Source: Eledone cirrhosa (lineage: Eukaryota). Taken from it: a stretch of 64,000 nucleotides of DNA. Location of the stretch: NCBI GenBank assembly GCA_964016885.1, contig OZ024743.1:65162001-65226000 (forward strand), written 5' to 3'. Positions 20,644 to 32,277 of the stretch are shown piece by piece. How positions within the stretch are numbered: the stretch's first letter is position 1; each line of letters begins with the position of its first letter. The position numbers and the translations under genes were made by a program. The notes beneath the pieces are model-generated. The model did not search any database. It was not told the DNA's origin and saw nothing but the letters and a program-made list of their open reading frames with translations.

Positions 20644-23600
20644 TTTCTTTATTAGCCACAGGGGCACAAAAAAAGGGGACAAATACAAAGGGGGAAGTTT
20701 ACATACAATAAAAACGTGTAAAATGTTATCACAAATGAAATTTAAAAAATTAGTCGATTTTCCCCAACAGGGGGAGACAGTTCATATGGGTAACACATAC
20801 CCCCGAAAAAATATGAAACCCTCATCTCCAGGAGTACGAAGAGTTTGTACTCCTTTCCTCTCCTCCTCCTTTTCCTCAACCTACAGGCTGATATAGAGAG
20901 AAGGCCCATTCACTCGGGCCATTCTCGCCACTTCCACCCACCTTTCACAAAACTTGCTGGGGTACAGCACCTCTCTCTCCATCCTGATTCTTCTTCCAAA
21001 GTGGTATTTGAAAAAAAGAATCAGTTGTTGGCCTGAGAGAAAGGTGTCTGACCTCAGCCCTTTCAACCTTGTCCACCATACAACCTCTTTCGCCATAGCT
21101 ATCACACAAAGGAAAACCGCCTCTCCTTCGTTTTTGAAGGAGGGTGGCGGTTTGATCATGACAGTAGACTCGGTGGTCAACCGGATTGGTCCCACCTGCG
21201 ACAATAGTCGTTCTACATAGCCCCACAGGTCAGTGACGCCCGGGCAGTGTATGAATGCGTGCGCGGCGGTTTCTTCGTTACGCACGCACCTCGGACAGAT
21301 CTTTTTTGCAGGGTCCCTGTCCGGGCGCCCATGTCTGTAGAGCTTGTCTCGAACTGGTAGAGCTCCTCGGTAGCACTGCCAGGCCAGGGACTTTTGGAAG
21401 TTGTCTATCGGTCCCGGGCGGAAGGTCCTACCGAACAGACTGGCCAGTTCATCTTCCTCTACGCCTAGAGTTTCACCGAGCGCGTCGTCGCACTTGCTGC
21501 GGATCAACCCTCTATAGAATGACGAAGTGGAGTCTCCACTGATCGCCGGGTCCGCCTGCCAGAGGGCTGTGAGCGTCTGAGCACATTCGATGTGCCAGTC
21601 GCACATTTTACTCGGTCTTTGCTTGACCCAGGACTGCAGCTCGGTCAGCGAGACGAGTCGTGGGAAGGCTTGCCTCACGAACGGGGCCCACACCGGTTAT
21701 CCGGTGACGAATACGTAGAGATGCCACAGCCTGAGTGCGTGTTTGCGCATCGTCAACCACGGCATCCCCAGCCCTCCGTTAGAAGGCTGTTGGCAGCAGA
21801 TGGATCTTCTCACCAAAGGAGCCTGCCTCTTCCAAAGGAGTTGGAAGAGCGCACGCTCCATTTTGGCGAGCGTTTTGGCTGGACAAGGCACAACGGTCAA
21901 GCGGTAGTAGATGGCGGACGCTATAAAAGTGTTCGCCACCTCTGCTCGACCTTTCAAGGATAGTTTGCACTCGGCCACTTCTGGGTGAGTGCAAACACCT
22001 TGGCCGTCACTTCGTTCCAGTTCTTCTCCACCTGGAGGTCCGGACCAAACCAGACCCCGAGCAGCTTTACCGGTCCTTCCGTCCAGCGTCAGACGATGCC
22101 ATCGGAAGGCATTGGTTTGCCTCTCCACGATCCGAGTTGCAAACCGATGGACTTGTCCCGGTTCAGCTTCGCTCCTGTGAAACTTTCGTATTCCTTCAGT
22201 AAGGTGCCGACTTACTCGATTTGCGAGGCGCTCGACACCATTACTTTTACGTCGTCGGCTTAGGCCGACGCCGCTTTCCGCAGTCCCGGTTCCAGAGGGA
22301 TGCCCTGCAATAGCTCCAACTTCTGCAGTAGTGGCTCAAGAGTCAGTACGTACAGAAGGGAGGAGAGAGGGTATCCCTGTCGAATGGATCGCGTAATATG
22401 GAACGGCTCCAAGAGGTAGCCGTTCACCTTGACCCTTGAGCAGATGTTGCTGTTGTGCATTGCTGCAATCCAGCCCCTGAACACGGTAGACCGTCGAGAC
22501 CTGGAGATTTGCGTTTGCCGCATTGGCTCAGCGCGTCCTCTATCTCAGCGGCTGAAATCGGCTTTTCGCAGAACTTTGCCTTGCTGTCTGAGAGTCGCGG
22601 TAGGCCGTCGAGGTATGGACCGAAATCCATAGCCCCTCCCGGCGCGCCACCCCTCCCAGATCGCCACCTTTCCCGAACAGTTGAGCAAAGTGCCGCTGAA
22701 AGGCCGCACACATCTGCTTCGGCTCACGTATCACACGTCCATTTTGGTCCTTCAAAGACCGAATCGTGGACTTGTTGCCACTTTTTGCCTCCGTCACTCG
22801 GGCCCAGCTAACAGGTTTGGCTCCCTCGTTTCCCAGAGCATGTATTTTGCTTCTGACAACGCAGCCATCGTGCTTTGCGTCGAAGAACTGGTCCAAGGCT
22901 GTTCCCGTTGCTAGCATGCTGGCTACGTTGCCACTTCTAATTGCCTCGTCTACTTTATCTACCAGTTCCTTCTCGGTTCTATTTCTATCTAACGCTAATT
23001 CTTTACTAAAAACTATCGAGTCTAATCTAACTGCCCTCTTGAGAGAGTACCACCATCTGTTGTTGACAATTCGTCTACTGTAGGCTTTGCTTGTCGGTAA
23101 CGACAAGTTCAGCTTCCAGTAGCCGTGTCCTTGTCTATGGGTTCTATCAAGGTTGGCCATGCAGGTCACTAGTTTGTGATCTGAATAGGCAACCATGAAC
23201 ATTTGTGGACAGCTTAACATGTCCCTATCCTTATTTCTAACTAGAACTCTATCTAGGTACGATCTAGATGTTCCGCTACGATTAGTCCACGTCCACAGTG
23301 GCGCAGTCGGAAAATCTAGTCGATATCTATCGGCCAGGTCAAATCGGTCGATTAACTGTTTGAGGCTGTTACACCCCCCTTTATCGGGACATGCTCCCAC
23401 ATAGTCCCAACGTGCATCTAGGATTCCATTCCAGTCCCCCACTAAAAGCAAGGAGTGGGACGTTCCCAGAAAAGTCTCTAGACGTTTGAAGAAGTCTGGC
23501 CGCGGTGTCCCGGATGGGGCATATGCGGCCACCAGCCTGAAGGCTCCACCTTCACTACCGTCAACCTCTAGGACCACCAGTCGACCCTCCGGGTCCAGAT

Positions 23601-26035
23601 GTACCGTCTGTGTTATGAGGCCTAGGTGTTTCTGCAGCAAAACGGCAACTCCGCCCCCACCCCCCCGGTTGACAGAGAGATGCGTAGATCTCAAAGTCAT
23701 CGAAGATGGGGGCCAGCTGTCGCTCGCTGTGGATCCTGGACTCGCAAATGGCTACCACATCCATACTGTGCGACCTGAGGTCGTTTAAGAGTTTGCCCTG
23801 TTTCCAGGGCATCCCCAGGCCGCGTACGTTCACACATCCAACTCTTATATTGGCCATGTTGGTGCTGAAAAGTTAAAAGAGGAAAAGAGATCACTCACCC
23901 TTCGTCTCCTGGGGACCAGGCTGCACGATTTCCATGGGGGTGTTGGAGGGGTTGTCTGGATGGGTGGTGGTTTCCGGCAGGGTGGGGAAGGAGATATTTG
24001 GTGGGGTGGGGTCTGGTGGGATGGGGTTGTCTGGGGTGGGGAGACATTTGAGAAGGACGCGGTTAAGTGGTTTCACGCAGGAATTCCCCACATCCTTCTC
24101 AAATGTTTCTTTTAGGGACCTATAAGTTTGTATAGGGACCCTAATCAATTTTAGGTTCAGTTTTTTGTTATTTTTAATAGAGTGGGCGAAAGCTTTCCTT
24201 TCGGTTTTCACCGAAGGGTCGTTCGTAATGGTCTCCATTAGTGTTTTGTTTTCAGTGTTTATGTAAGTGTAAGTGTAATTTTCTTGTGTTGTATTTGTTT
24301 TTGTCTGTAGTTCTTGTGTGTGCTTTCGTTTTGTTGTAGGTATTTTTCGTTTTCAGGAGGTGGGGGTTTTGTTTGTGATGTTTTTGTTGTTTGTTGGTGG
24401 TTGTATGTTTGTGGTAGTGTTTGCTGTTTTTTGCTTTTGTGATGTCTTTTCTTTCTTTTCGAGCGATGGGGTTCTCCCTCGTCTTCACTGGGTGATGGCG
24501 AGATAGCCTCATCTGTTGTATCGTCTGTGTGATTGGGGAGGGGTATGTCTTGGGGAGCTGTTGTGTCTGTATGTGATTTTGCAGTGGTTTTAGGTGGAGT
24601 GGGGTTGGGTGGGACTGTGTTTGTTGTGGTTATTTTTGTGTGTTGGTGGTGTTGGTGGTTGTGTTGTTTTGATGGGTGTCGGCAGAAGAGCCTTTTTTTG
24701 ATTCATTAATTTAGGACAGGAAGCCCTCAGGTGACCCCTGCTAAAGCAATGGTAACATGAAGGCTGCCTACCCTCAACCGAAAAGTTTATGTAGGTGAGT
24801 CCGTCCAGGAGTACACGTTGTGGGATCATAGCTATTCGCTCTGGGCTCATTTGCACCAGAACTTCAATGCTAGTCCCATTGAATACATCTCTGGGGGACT
24901 TTCCTACTGACAGTATTCTGTCTTCATCAAAATTGATGAAGCCGCACAGTATCCACCATATGTTCACCTTTGCTGTGACACTCGTGATTTTGATCTTTTG
25001 TGTCCTTTTTCCCATGTATGTAGGGAAAAAGGTGTACAGGTTGGATACAATTGGCAACACAGAGTAATTTTGGGCCGTCAATTGATCCTTCATGAGTACC
25101 GAAATACTCCCAAAAAGTTTGCTTCTTTGAATGAATGCAATATCATTCATTGAATTTTTGAAAACCAGTTCAATTTCTTTCTGTGACAATTGGACTGGTT
25201 TTCGGGTAGAATTGGAAACTGTCCTAAAAACTATAGTTTTGAGAGCAGTTACCTTGCGAATTTCTACCGGAGAATTGATGCTGAAAGCACCATTTTTTCG
25301 AAAGTGACATATCTCCTAGCGTCCTTTAAAAGTTGTTCGGCATTTGTTATGTCGAGATATGTCAGTTCCTCCTTTTTCTGAACTGTCTGTGCAAAGGAGA
25401 TCTTTGGTTTCTTTGTGGAATTATCCGTGTTGGTGGTGTTGTCATTATTGTTGTTATTCTTGTTGTCACCGATGTTGATATTATTCGTATTTTCCTTGGT
25501 GTTGGTGTTGGTGTTGTTGTTGTCTTTGATGCTGGTGTTATTGGTGTTGTCTTTATTTTTTTCTTTGTTGTTGTTATCATTGTTGTTTTTATCATCATTA
25601 TTGGTGTTGCTGTTATTTTTGTTGTCATTGAACTGTTTAGTGTCATTTGTGTTGTTTGGATATGAATTTGTTTTTACATTTTCATTTTGTCTTTCCATCT
25701 CTATAGTATCTATTGAGAAGGAAAGGGAAGAAGACGATGTTGACTGCGAGCTTTGTAGTCTTACCGACTCTCCACCATCATTATCGTTGAATGCAGCGTT
25801 CATAACGTAATCGAACTTATAATATTTTTTTTCCAAAATTCGATGGAGAAAATATTTTTCAAACGAATATTTCACCCCTGTAGGGGCGAAAATGAGTTGA
25901 CCCACCACCTGAAGGTCCAGACGGGGGGGGGGGGGGGGGGTCAATAATATAAAATTTAACTGAAAACTCACGTTTTTTTCTTACTTAAATTAACGGAAAC
26001 TTCTCCGCGAAGTTACACACGTCTGATAGAGAGAG
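20644..26035 (-). mobile_element. Tx1-clade LINE copy B (APE present; RT N-terminal half deleted)
   Basis: ORF1 ~25800..23891 (CYHCFSRGHLRASC). ORF2 from 23857: NVRGL, GDWN, SYLDR, SDH. Deletion after SPGLDGLP at about 22483. Zinc finger CPRC..H..C. Confidence 0.9.
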
Positions 26036-26046
26036 AGATAGATATA

Positions 26047-26665
26047 TTTCTTTATTAGCCACAGGGGCACAAAAGAAGGGGACAAATACAAAGGGGGAAG
26101 TTTACATGCAATAAAAACGTGTAAAATGTTATCACAGATGGAATTTAAAAGTTAGTCGATTTTCCCCAATAGAGGGAGACAGTTTATATGGGTAACACAT
26201 ACCCCCGAAAAAAAATGTGCAACCCTCATCTCCAGGAGTACGAAGAGCTTGTACTCCTTTCCTCTCCTCCTCCTTTTCCTCAACCTGCAGGCTGATATAG
26301 AGAGAAGGCCCATTCACTCGGGCCATTCTCGCCACTTTCACCCACCTTTCATAAAACTTGCTGGGGTACAGCACCTCTCTCTCCATCCTGATTCTTCTTC
26401 CAAAGTGGTATTTGAAAAAAAGAATCAGTTGTTGGCCGGAGAGAAAGGTGTCTGACCTCAGCCCTTTCAACCTTGTCCACCATACAACCTCTTTCGCCAT
26501 AGCTATCACACAAAGGAAAACCGCCTCTCCTTCATTTTTGAAGGAGGGTGGCGGTTTGATCATGACAATGGACTCGGTGGTCAACTGGATTGGTCCCACC
26601 CGCGACAATAGTCGTTCTACATAGCCCCACAGGTCAGTGACGCCCGGGCAGTGTATGAATGCGTG
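26047..26665 (-). mobile_element. Tx1-clade LINE copy C, 5'-truncated 3' end
   Basis: Nearly identical to 20644-21261. Flanked by (GA)n/(GATA)n. Confidence 0.92.
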
Positions 26666-26829
26666 GATAGATAGATAGATAGATAGACTTACACATTGTT
26701 TAGCTCTGGTTTTTAACTATTGAGCACTTTGCCAGTATCATTTCTGATTTTTGCGTTTCGCTTCGCTTTTCCTGCCCGCCGAAATGCGATTCTCGCTGAA
26801 TCTTTATTTGTATATATATATACATACAT

Positions 26830-26886
<57 letters not shown>

Positions 26887-26907
26887 CATACATATATATA
26901 TATATAT

Positions 26908-27323
26908 AACATTTGTCGTACTGCCTCTCTGTTCTGTCCCTGTTCAATTTTTCATTATACAAAACACACGCTCACACGGCCTCCATCCTTGGAACTTAAC
27001 TTAACAACCGGCTCAACCCCGATCTAATCCGCCGTGACCTTTCTCCGAACTTTACACACCTTCCCACACTTTGTCTTTCCTTCCACGCATTACCTCTGTT
27101 TGATTTTGTTACCGTACCCCTTTTTTTTCCGTATATTTTTCATTCGCACCGTTTCCTTTCGCTATATGTCTCTCCACCACTCCCCTACACACCTTTTGAA
27201 CTCTCACCTGAAGAAGGGCTTATGCCCGAAACGTCGTCCTCCACCTACCCCCCACTCTCCTGAGCGTGAATTTAATAAACATTTGTCGTACTGCCTCTCT
27301 GTTCTGTCCCTGTTCAATTTTTC

Positions 27324-27328
<5 letters not shown>
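26908..27328 (+). mobile_element. Non-coding partial-tandem pLTR unit with HHR-like core at 27208-27237
   Basis: About 50-bp terminal direct repeat aacatttgtcgtactgcc...cattata. Core CTGAAGA-AGGGCTTATGCCC-GAAACGTC. Flanked by (TA)n. Confidence 0.72.
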
Positions 27329-27356
<28 letters not shown>

Positions 27357-27564
27357 CGTTTCTGAATTTGTTTAGCAAGATTCTTTATCTGAAATCGTGT
27401 GTTGAAACCGATATTGTTATACTTTGGGAGGGTCATGTTGCCAATAAGAAACACACGCACCAGTTGCTTTCACTTCAATTTATTATATATTTATAAATTT
27501 ATAAATTTACAAACTTATAAATTTCTGGTTGGTTGGTTCCATAACCAGATAGTTGTTTATATAT

Positions 27565-27609
27565 AGTCATAGTCCTTTCGTCACACACTCTGTGACCTCT
27601 TCAGTGACT
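27565..27609 (-). ncRNA. Type I hammerhead ribozyme
   Basis: AGTCA-CTGAAGA-G-GTCACA-GAGTG-TGTGAC-GAAA-GGAC-TA-TGACT. Confidence 0.82.
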
Positions 27610-27813
27610 GGGGATTCCTTTCTTTGTTTCTGTGCCTTTCCTTTCTTCTGTCCTACGCCATTTTGTTTCTGTGTGTGTGTTGTGTGCTCAGTTTGCGCAT
27701 GCGCCACATCCGGGTGTCTGTGTGTGTTTGTGTTCATTTATCTATTTGTTTATTTATTTACATGTTGTTGGTTGGTTGTTTGTTCTATGTGTGTGTGTGT
27801 TTTCATTTTGTCC

Positions 27814-30800
27814 TTAATTGTAAGTTGTGATGTTGCTGTTCCACTCATATTTTCTATTTAATTTTGGTTGTAATTCTTTTATGCTTACTGCCTCTGTAAT
27901 TTGCCTAAACATTGCATCTTTTCTGTGTGTGGATTCTATTTTTATTTCTATGTTCTCTAATTTACCCTTGTGTTCTATCTTAGCATGTTGGTAGAGTACA
28001 GATGATTCTTTATTATCTTGAAGGTCTCGCCAGTGTTCATTTATCCGTTCCCCTATACTACGAGCTGTCTCACCTATGTACACTATATTTTTGTTTCTAC
28101 ATTGTCCTTCAGTACATCTTATGCTATACACTACATTTCTAGTTTTACAGTTAATATGGGGGCTTATTTTACAGGTTATACATTTCTTATCTATACATGA
28201 GGGTCTTTGGAACGGGTATGTCTTGCTAATAAGTGTTTTTATGGAGGTACCTGGTCTTTCTACTATCTTAATATTGAGTTTATGTTTATTTAGGGCCCTT
28301 CTAAATTTGTAGGCTAGTTCGCCTCTAGGGGTTGTATTGATGAACATTACACTCTGGTATTTATTGCTATCATACCATGAGTTTATTCTATTGGCCTTGT
28401 TCCTAGTTCTTTCTATTCTATTCCAAAATTTGCTCCTATACAAGGGGCAGGTCCCATTTATGTCATTATTTACCATTTTTTCCCATTTGGTTCTGGCTCC
28501 TCTATACACTCTGATTCTATCTCTCTGATTGTAGCCAGAGAACTGCATACGGTGGATGAAGTGTTGTATGTGTCTCTCTAGTTCTTCGGGGTTGCACATG
28601 CGGGACACATTTCTCATCACCCGTACCAAATCCGCAATCAGTATGTTGATTTTGGTATGGTCCGAAATGGCCGAGTTTCGGTGGATCAGATGTTTGGAAG
28701 TCATGGGTTTGGCATAATGGGAATGGAGGATTTGTTTTTGGTTGTTAATGGTATCTAACCAGAGCTCTGTGTCTAGTACAGGTAATCGATGGTTGGGGTG
28801 TCTACTTGGGTAGTCTATAGTAACTCTAATGCTCTGGCGGATGGAGTTTGCTATTTGCTGGATGTTTTCCATTGTGTTTTTCTCTAGTTCCTGACTGTTC
28901 TCTAGTGGGGGTGTCTTAACTACGATGTTTATATCATCTACGTAGCGGGAGTACATTATCAGGGTTAAGCTGTCTTCTAATTGTTCTTTAAGTTTAAGTT
29001 TAAGTCTACTGTCCCACCATACCATGAATAAGTTAGCTATGTCGCCTGCAATGCTAACACCAATGGCTGCTCCTTCCTCTTGGGCATATGTTTTTCCATT
29101 AAATTTGAACATATGTTCCTTAAGGGTTAATTTTATGCTGGCCCCTACCGCATGTGCAATCATTTTCTTCAGTTCATCGTGGTTTTCGGGTGTCCGTATG
29201 GCTCTGGTCCACCCGTTCCATCTATCTGTGTGGGTTTTCTTGGCCATAGAGGTAATGGTAGGTGGTCTGCCTCTTGCTGGTCTTGTAGGGCACAGGTTGC
29301 TAAGGTCATAAGTGTCTAGGTAACTATTACTATGGGTAAGCTTAAGTAGAAGTCCCAGCTCACTGGTATCAATCCCATGGAACTCAACCTTGCTCTCGCT
29401 GATCATTTCTACGCATTTCTCCACAGCAAAATCCACGTCAATAGATGGATACAGGGACACAACATCCATACTGCCTATTATGCAGTTTGTTAGGTCCCCA
29501 GATCGGTTACCCGCGCCGATTCTGCTGAGGAGGTCCTCCGTGCTGTCACATACATCTGGGGACATCTCAATGATGGGGCGTATGATCAGGGAGAGGAAGT
29601 AGGACAGTCTGTAGTTACTAGCAATGTTAGCTCCACAGACTGGCCGTGTTGGTGGTCCCGCGACAGGGTCACAGCCCGTTTTATGGTCTTTTCGAAGCCC
29701 ATACAACGCCGGCACGTCATTGTTCCAGGCCTGGAAGTTGTTGGCAGTCCTTTTGTTGGGCTGCATTATATTCGTCCACATCACCATATGGGCATTGAGG
29801 GCTTTTTCTCTATCCTCATGCTCCTGTGGTGTTACCTCTCTTGTGTTAGTGATGTGGGGTTGCATTGCCTGGATGTAGTTTGGCAGGCTGTCAACCGACA
29901 TTCTGCCAGACTTGTCTGTTGGAAAGCATGCTATCTCTCCATTACGTGAGCGCTGCATGAGCTTACGCAAGCCATTTGCAGATTTTTCTCCCAGTTGCTG
30001 GGCCTCTATTCTATTATGCTTCTTGCTATACTGTTCTATAATATTTCTAAGTTCGGATTTAGCTATACTAAATTGTGCTTCTGTTTGTTCATCGACCTGC
30101 GACGGCAACTGCGTGCGTTTGTTAAATGGTAAAGTCGTGGCGTGGACTCGTCGCAGGTCGAATGATTTATCGGAGGGATTATAAAACGGAGAGTTCCAGG
30201 CTGCTGCTTTATGTGTACTAGTGCTATTGTTATTGTCAGTTGTGTTGTTTCTATTTCTATTTCCACCAACAGCCTCATGGTTGTTTCTATGTCTCTCATA
30301 ATTACTCCTGTCTCTTTCCACTGGCTCAATGTTGTTATCTACCCTATTTTGTGTGTCTGTGTGTTCGTCTTGGTTATTCTCTTTGTCCTTAGTCTCCCAT
30401 CTCCTTTTCCTTTTAATTTTATTACTTTCCCTTATTTCTCTGATTTCTGTGCTACTGTCATTACTTGTTTTCTGTGTCTGTGTGTTTGTTAAGATTGTGG
30501 TGGTGGTGAGAGGCATTGAATGCGTGTGTGTTGTTGTTGTTGATGTGTGCTGTTGTTGATGTGTGTTGTTGTTGTCTCCGTGTGTGTTATCGTTTTTGTG
30601 TGTGTTGTTATTGTTGTTTGTGTCTGCGTGTCTGTTGTTGTTGTTTCTGGGTATGTTGCTGTTGTTGTTGTTGTTGATGTGTGTGTTGTTGTTATTGTTG
30701 TTTGTGTCTGTGTGTCTGTTGTTGTTGGGATGTGTGTTGTATATGTGTGTGCGTATATTGTTGCTTTTGTTTTTGATGCTCCAGCGTAGTTTTGTAAATG

Positions 30801-30963
30801 ATTTTTCTATTTCTGACAGACAACTAATCATATTTACCTTCTTGAATGTCGCAAATTTCGGCGGCAAATATAACACAGACATTTCATCATTATCTATTTT
30901 TGTGTTCCCATAAATGTTGGTGTTTTTGTTGTTGAACTCTTCTGATAATGAGGTGTCGGCCAT
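27814..30963 (-). CDS. PLE RT + GIY-YIG endonuclease, uninterrupted 1049 aa from first in-element ATG
   Basis: [70 protein letters not shown]. Confidence 0.9.
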   Translation of the reverse strand: MADTSLSEEFNNKNTNIYGNTKIDNDEMSVLYLPPKFATFKKVNMISCLSEIEKSFTKLRWSIKNKSNNIRTHIYNTHPNNNRHTDTNNNNNNTHINNNNNSNIPRNNNNRHADTNNNNNTHKNDNTHGDNNNTHQQQHTSTTTTHTHSMPLTTTTILTNTQTQKTSNDSSTEIREIRESNKIKRKRRWETKDKENNQDEHTDTQNRVDNNIEPVERDRSNYERHRNNHEAVGGNRNRNNTTDNNNSTSTHKAAAWNSPFYNPSDKSFDLRRVHATTLPFNKRTQLPSQVDEQTEAQFSIAKSELRNIIEQYSKKHNRIEAQQLGEKSANGLRKLMQRSRNGEIACFPTDKSGRMSVDSLPNYIQAMQPHITNTREVTPQEHEDREKALNAHMVMWTNIMQPNKRTANNFQAWNNDVPALYGLRKDHKTGCDPVAGPPTRPVCGANIASNYRLSYFLSLIIRPIIEMSPDVCDSTEDLLSRIGAGNRSGDLTNCIIGSMDVVSLYPSIDVDFAVEKCVEMISESKVEFHGIDTSELGLLLKLTHSNSYLDTYDLSNLCPTRPARGRPPTITSMAKKTHTDRWNGWTRAIRTPENHDELKKMIAHAVGASIKLTLKEHMFKFNGKTYAQEEGAAIGVSIAGDIANLFMVWWDSRLKLKLKEQLEDSLTLIMYSRYVDDINIVVKTPPLENSQELEKNTMENIQQIANSIRQSIRVTIDYPSRHPNHRLPVLDTELWLDTINNQKQILHSHYAKPMTSKHLIHRNSAISDHTKINILIADLVRVMRNVSRMCNPEELERHIQHFIHRMQFSGYNQRDRIRVYRGARTKWEKMVNNDINGTCPLYRSKFWNRIERTRNKANRINSWYDSNKYQSVMFINTTPRGELAYKFRRALNKHKLNIKIVERPGTSIKTLISKTYPFQRPSCIDKKCITCKISPHINCKTRNVVYSIRCTEGQCRNKNIVYIGETARSIGERINEHWRDLQDNKESSVLYQHAKIEHKGKLENIEIKIESTHRKDAMFRQITEAVSIKELQPKLNRKYEWNSNITTYN

Positions 30964-31104
30964 GTTGATACCGTCAATTCTGTAGATTTGTAAATTTATA
31001 AATTTATAAATATATAATAAATTGAAGTGAAAGCAACTGGTGCGTGTGTTTCTTATTGGCAATATGACCCTCCCAAAGTATAACAATATATATATATATA
31101 TACA

Positions 31105-31140
<36 letters not shown>

Positions 31141-31247
31141 TACATATATATATACATATACATATATATATATATATACATATATATATACATATACATA
31201 TATATATATATACATATATATATACATATACATATATATATATATAC

Positions 31248-31326
<79 letters not shown>

Positions 31327-31333
31327 TATATAC

Positions 31334-31386
<53 letters not shown>

Positions 31387-31393
31387 TATATAC

Positions 31394-31470
<77 letters not shown>

Positions 31471-31499
31471 CATATATATATACATATATATATATATAT

Positions 31500-31875
31500 A
31501 AGCCCTCAGGTGACCACTGCTTAAACAGTGGTAACATGAGGGCCGCTTACCCTCAACAGAAATGTTTATGTAGGAATTTCCATCGTTGTGGTATTCTAGC
31601 TATCCGTTCTGGTTTCATTTGGACCAGAACTTCTAAGCTTGTACCGTTAAATATGACCCTGGAGGACTTTCCTACCGAAATCACCGAGTCTTCATCAAAA
31701 TTGATGAAACCAGCTAATATCCACCAGATGTTTACATTTGGTGTGATATTTGTTATTTTTATTTTTTGGGTCCTTTTTCCCATATATGTGGGAAAAAAGG
31801 TGTAGAGGGGGGGGACACAATTGGTGAAACAGAATATTTCTGTGCCGTCAATTGGTCTTTCATTGTCACTGATAA
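31500..31875 (-). mobile_element. Tx1 ORF1 fragment
   Basis: [19 protein letters not shown], homologous to 24720-25090. Confidence 0.85.
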
Positions 31876-32242
31876 ACTGATAAATTTCAATGACCCACTC
31901 ACAGACAATTTAGCCGGAGGGTCAATCTATACAGTAGTATATTTTTTTAAACAAAAATTTTTGTTTTTTATAAGTAAAAAGACAAAAACTTACGAGCGCG
32001 ACTGGCACACAACTTCCTCTATCTATGTTACATGATAGAAGTGTAATCCTGAAATACAAGATAGGATTAGAAAAAGCTTAACATATTTGTGCTCAGTGTG
32101 GTCAGTTCGAGAGCCTGTTGCCAAAGAGAGAGATTGCCCTTTTCTCTTTCTATTATAATATCTGGAACGGAAGTTCAAAGAATGTTCTAGAAATTCTACG
32201 GGAAGTAACTCTAGCTACTTCCCTTTGTCTAGAGAGCGCTAC

Positions 32243-32273
<31 letters not shown>

Positions 32274-32277
32274 TATA

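Larger units (their letters stand above)
27355..31090 (-). mobile_element. Penelope-like element (YVDD RT, probably Nematis-type), 5'-truncated, with inverted pLTR tail
   Basis: 27413-27513 is inverted at 30987-31090. HHR lies in the 3' pLTR. (TA)n on both sides. Confidence 0.9.

Noticed and set aside
27814-30963. Naiad/Chlamys-type or selenoprotein PLE
   Set aside because: GIY-YIG is C-terminal, an HHR is present, and there is no in-frame TGA.
30985-31485. N-terminal extension making the 1223-aa ORF
   Set aside because: Reads through (TA)n and the inverted pLTR tail; not part of the native PLE protein.
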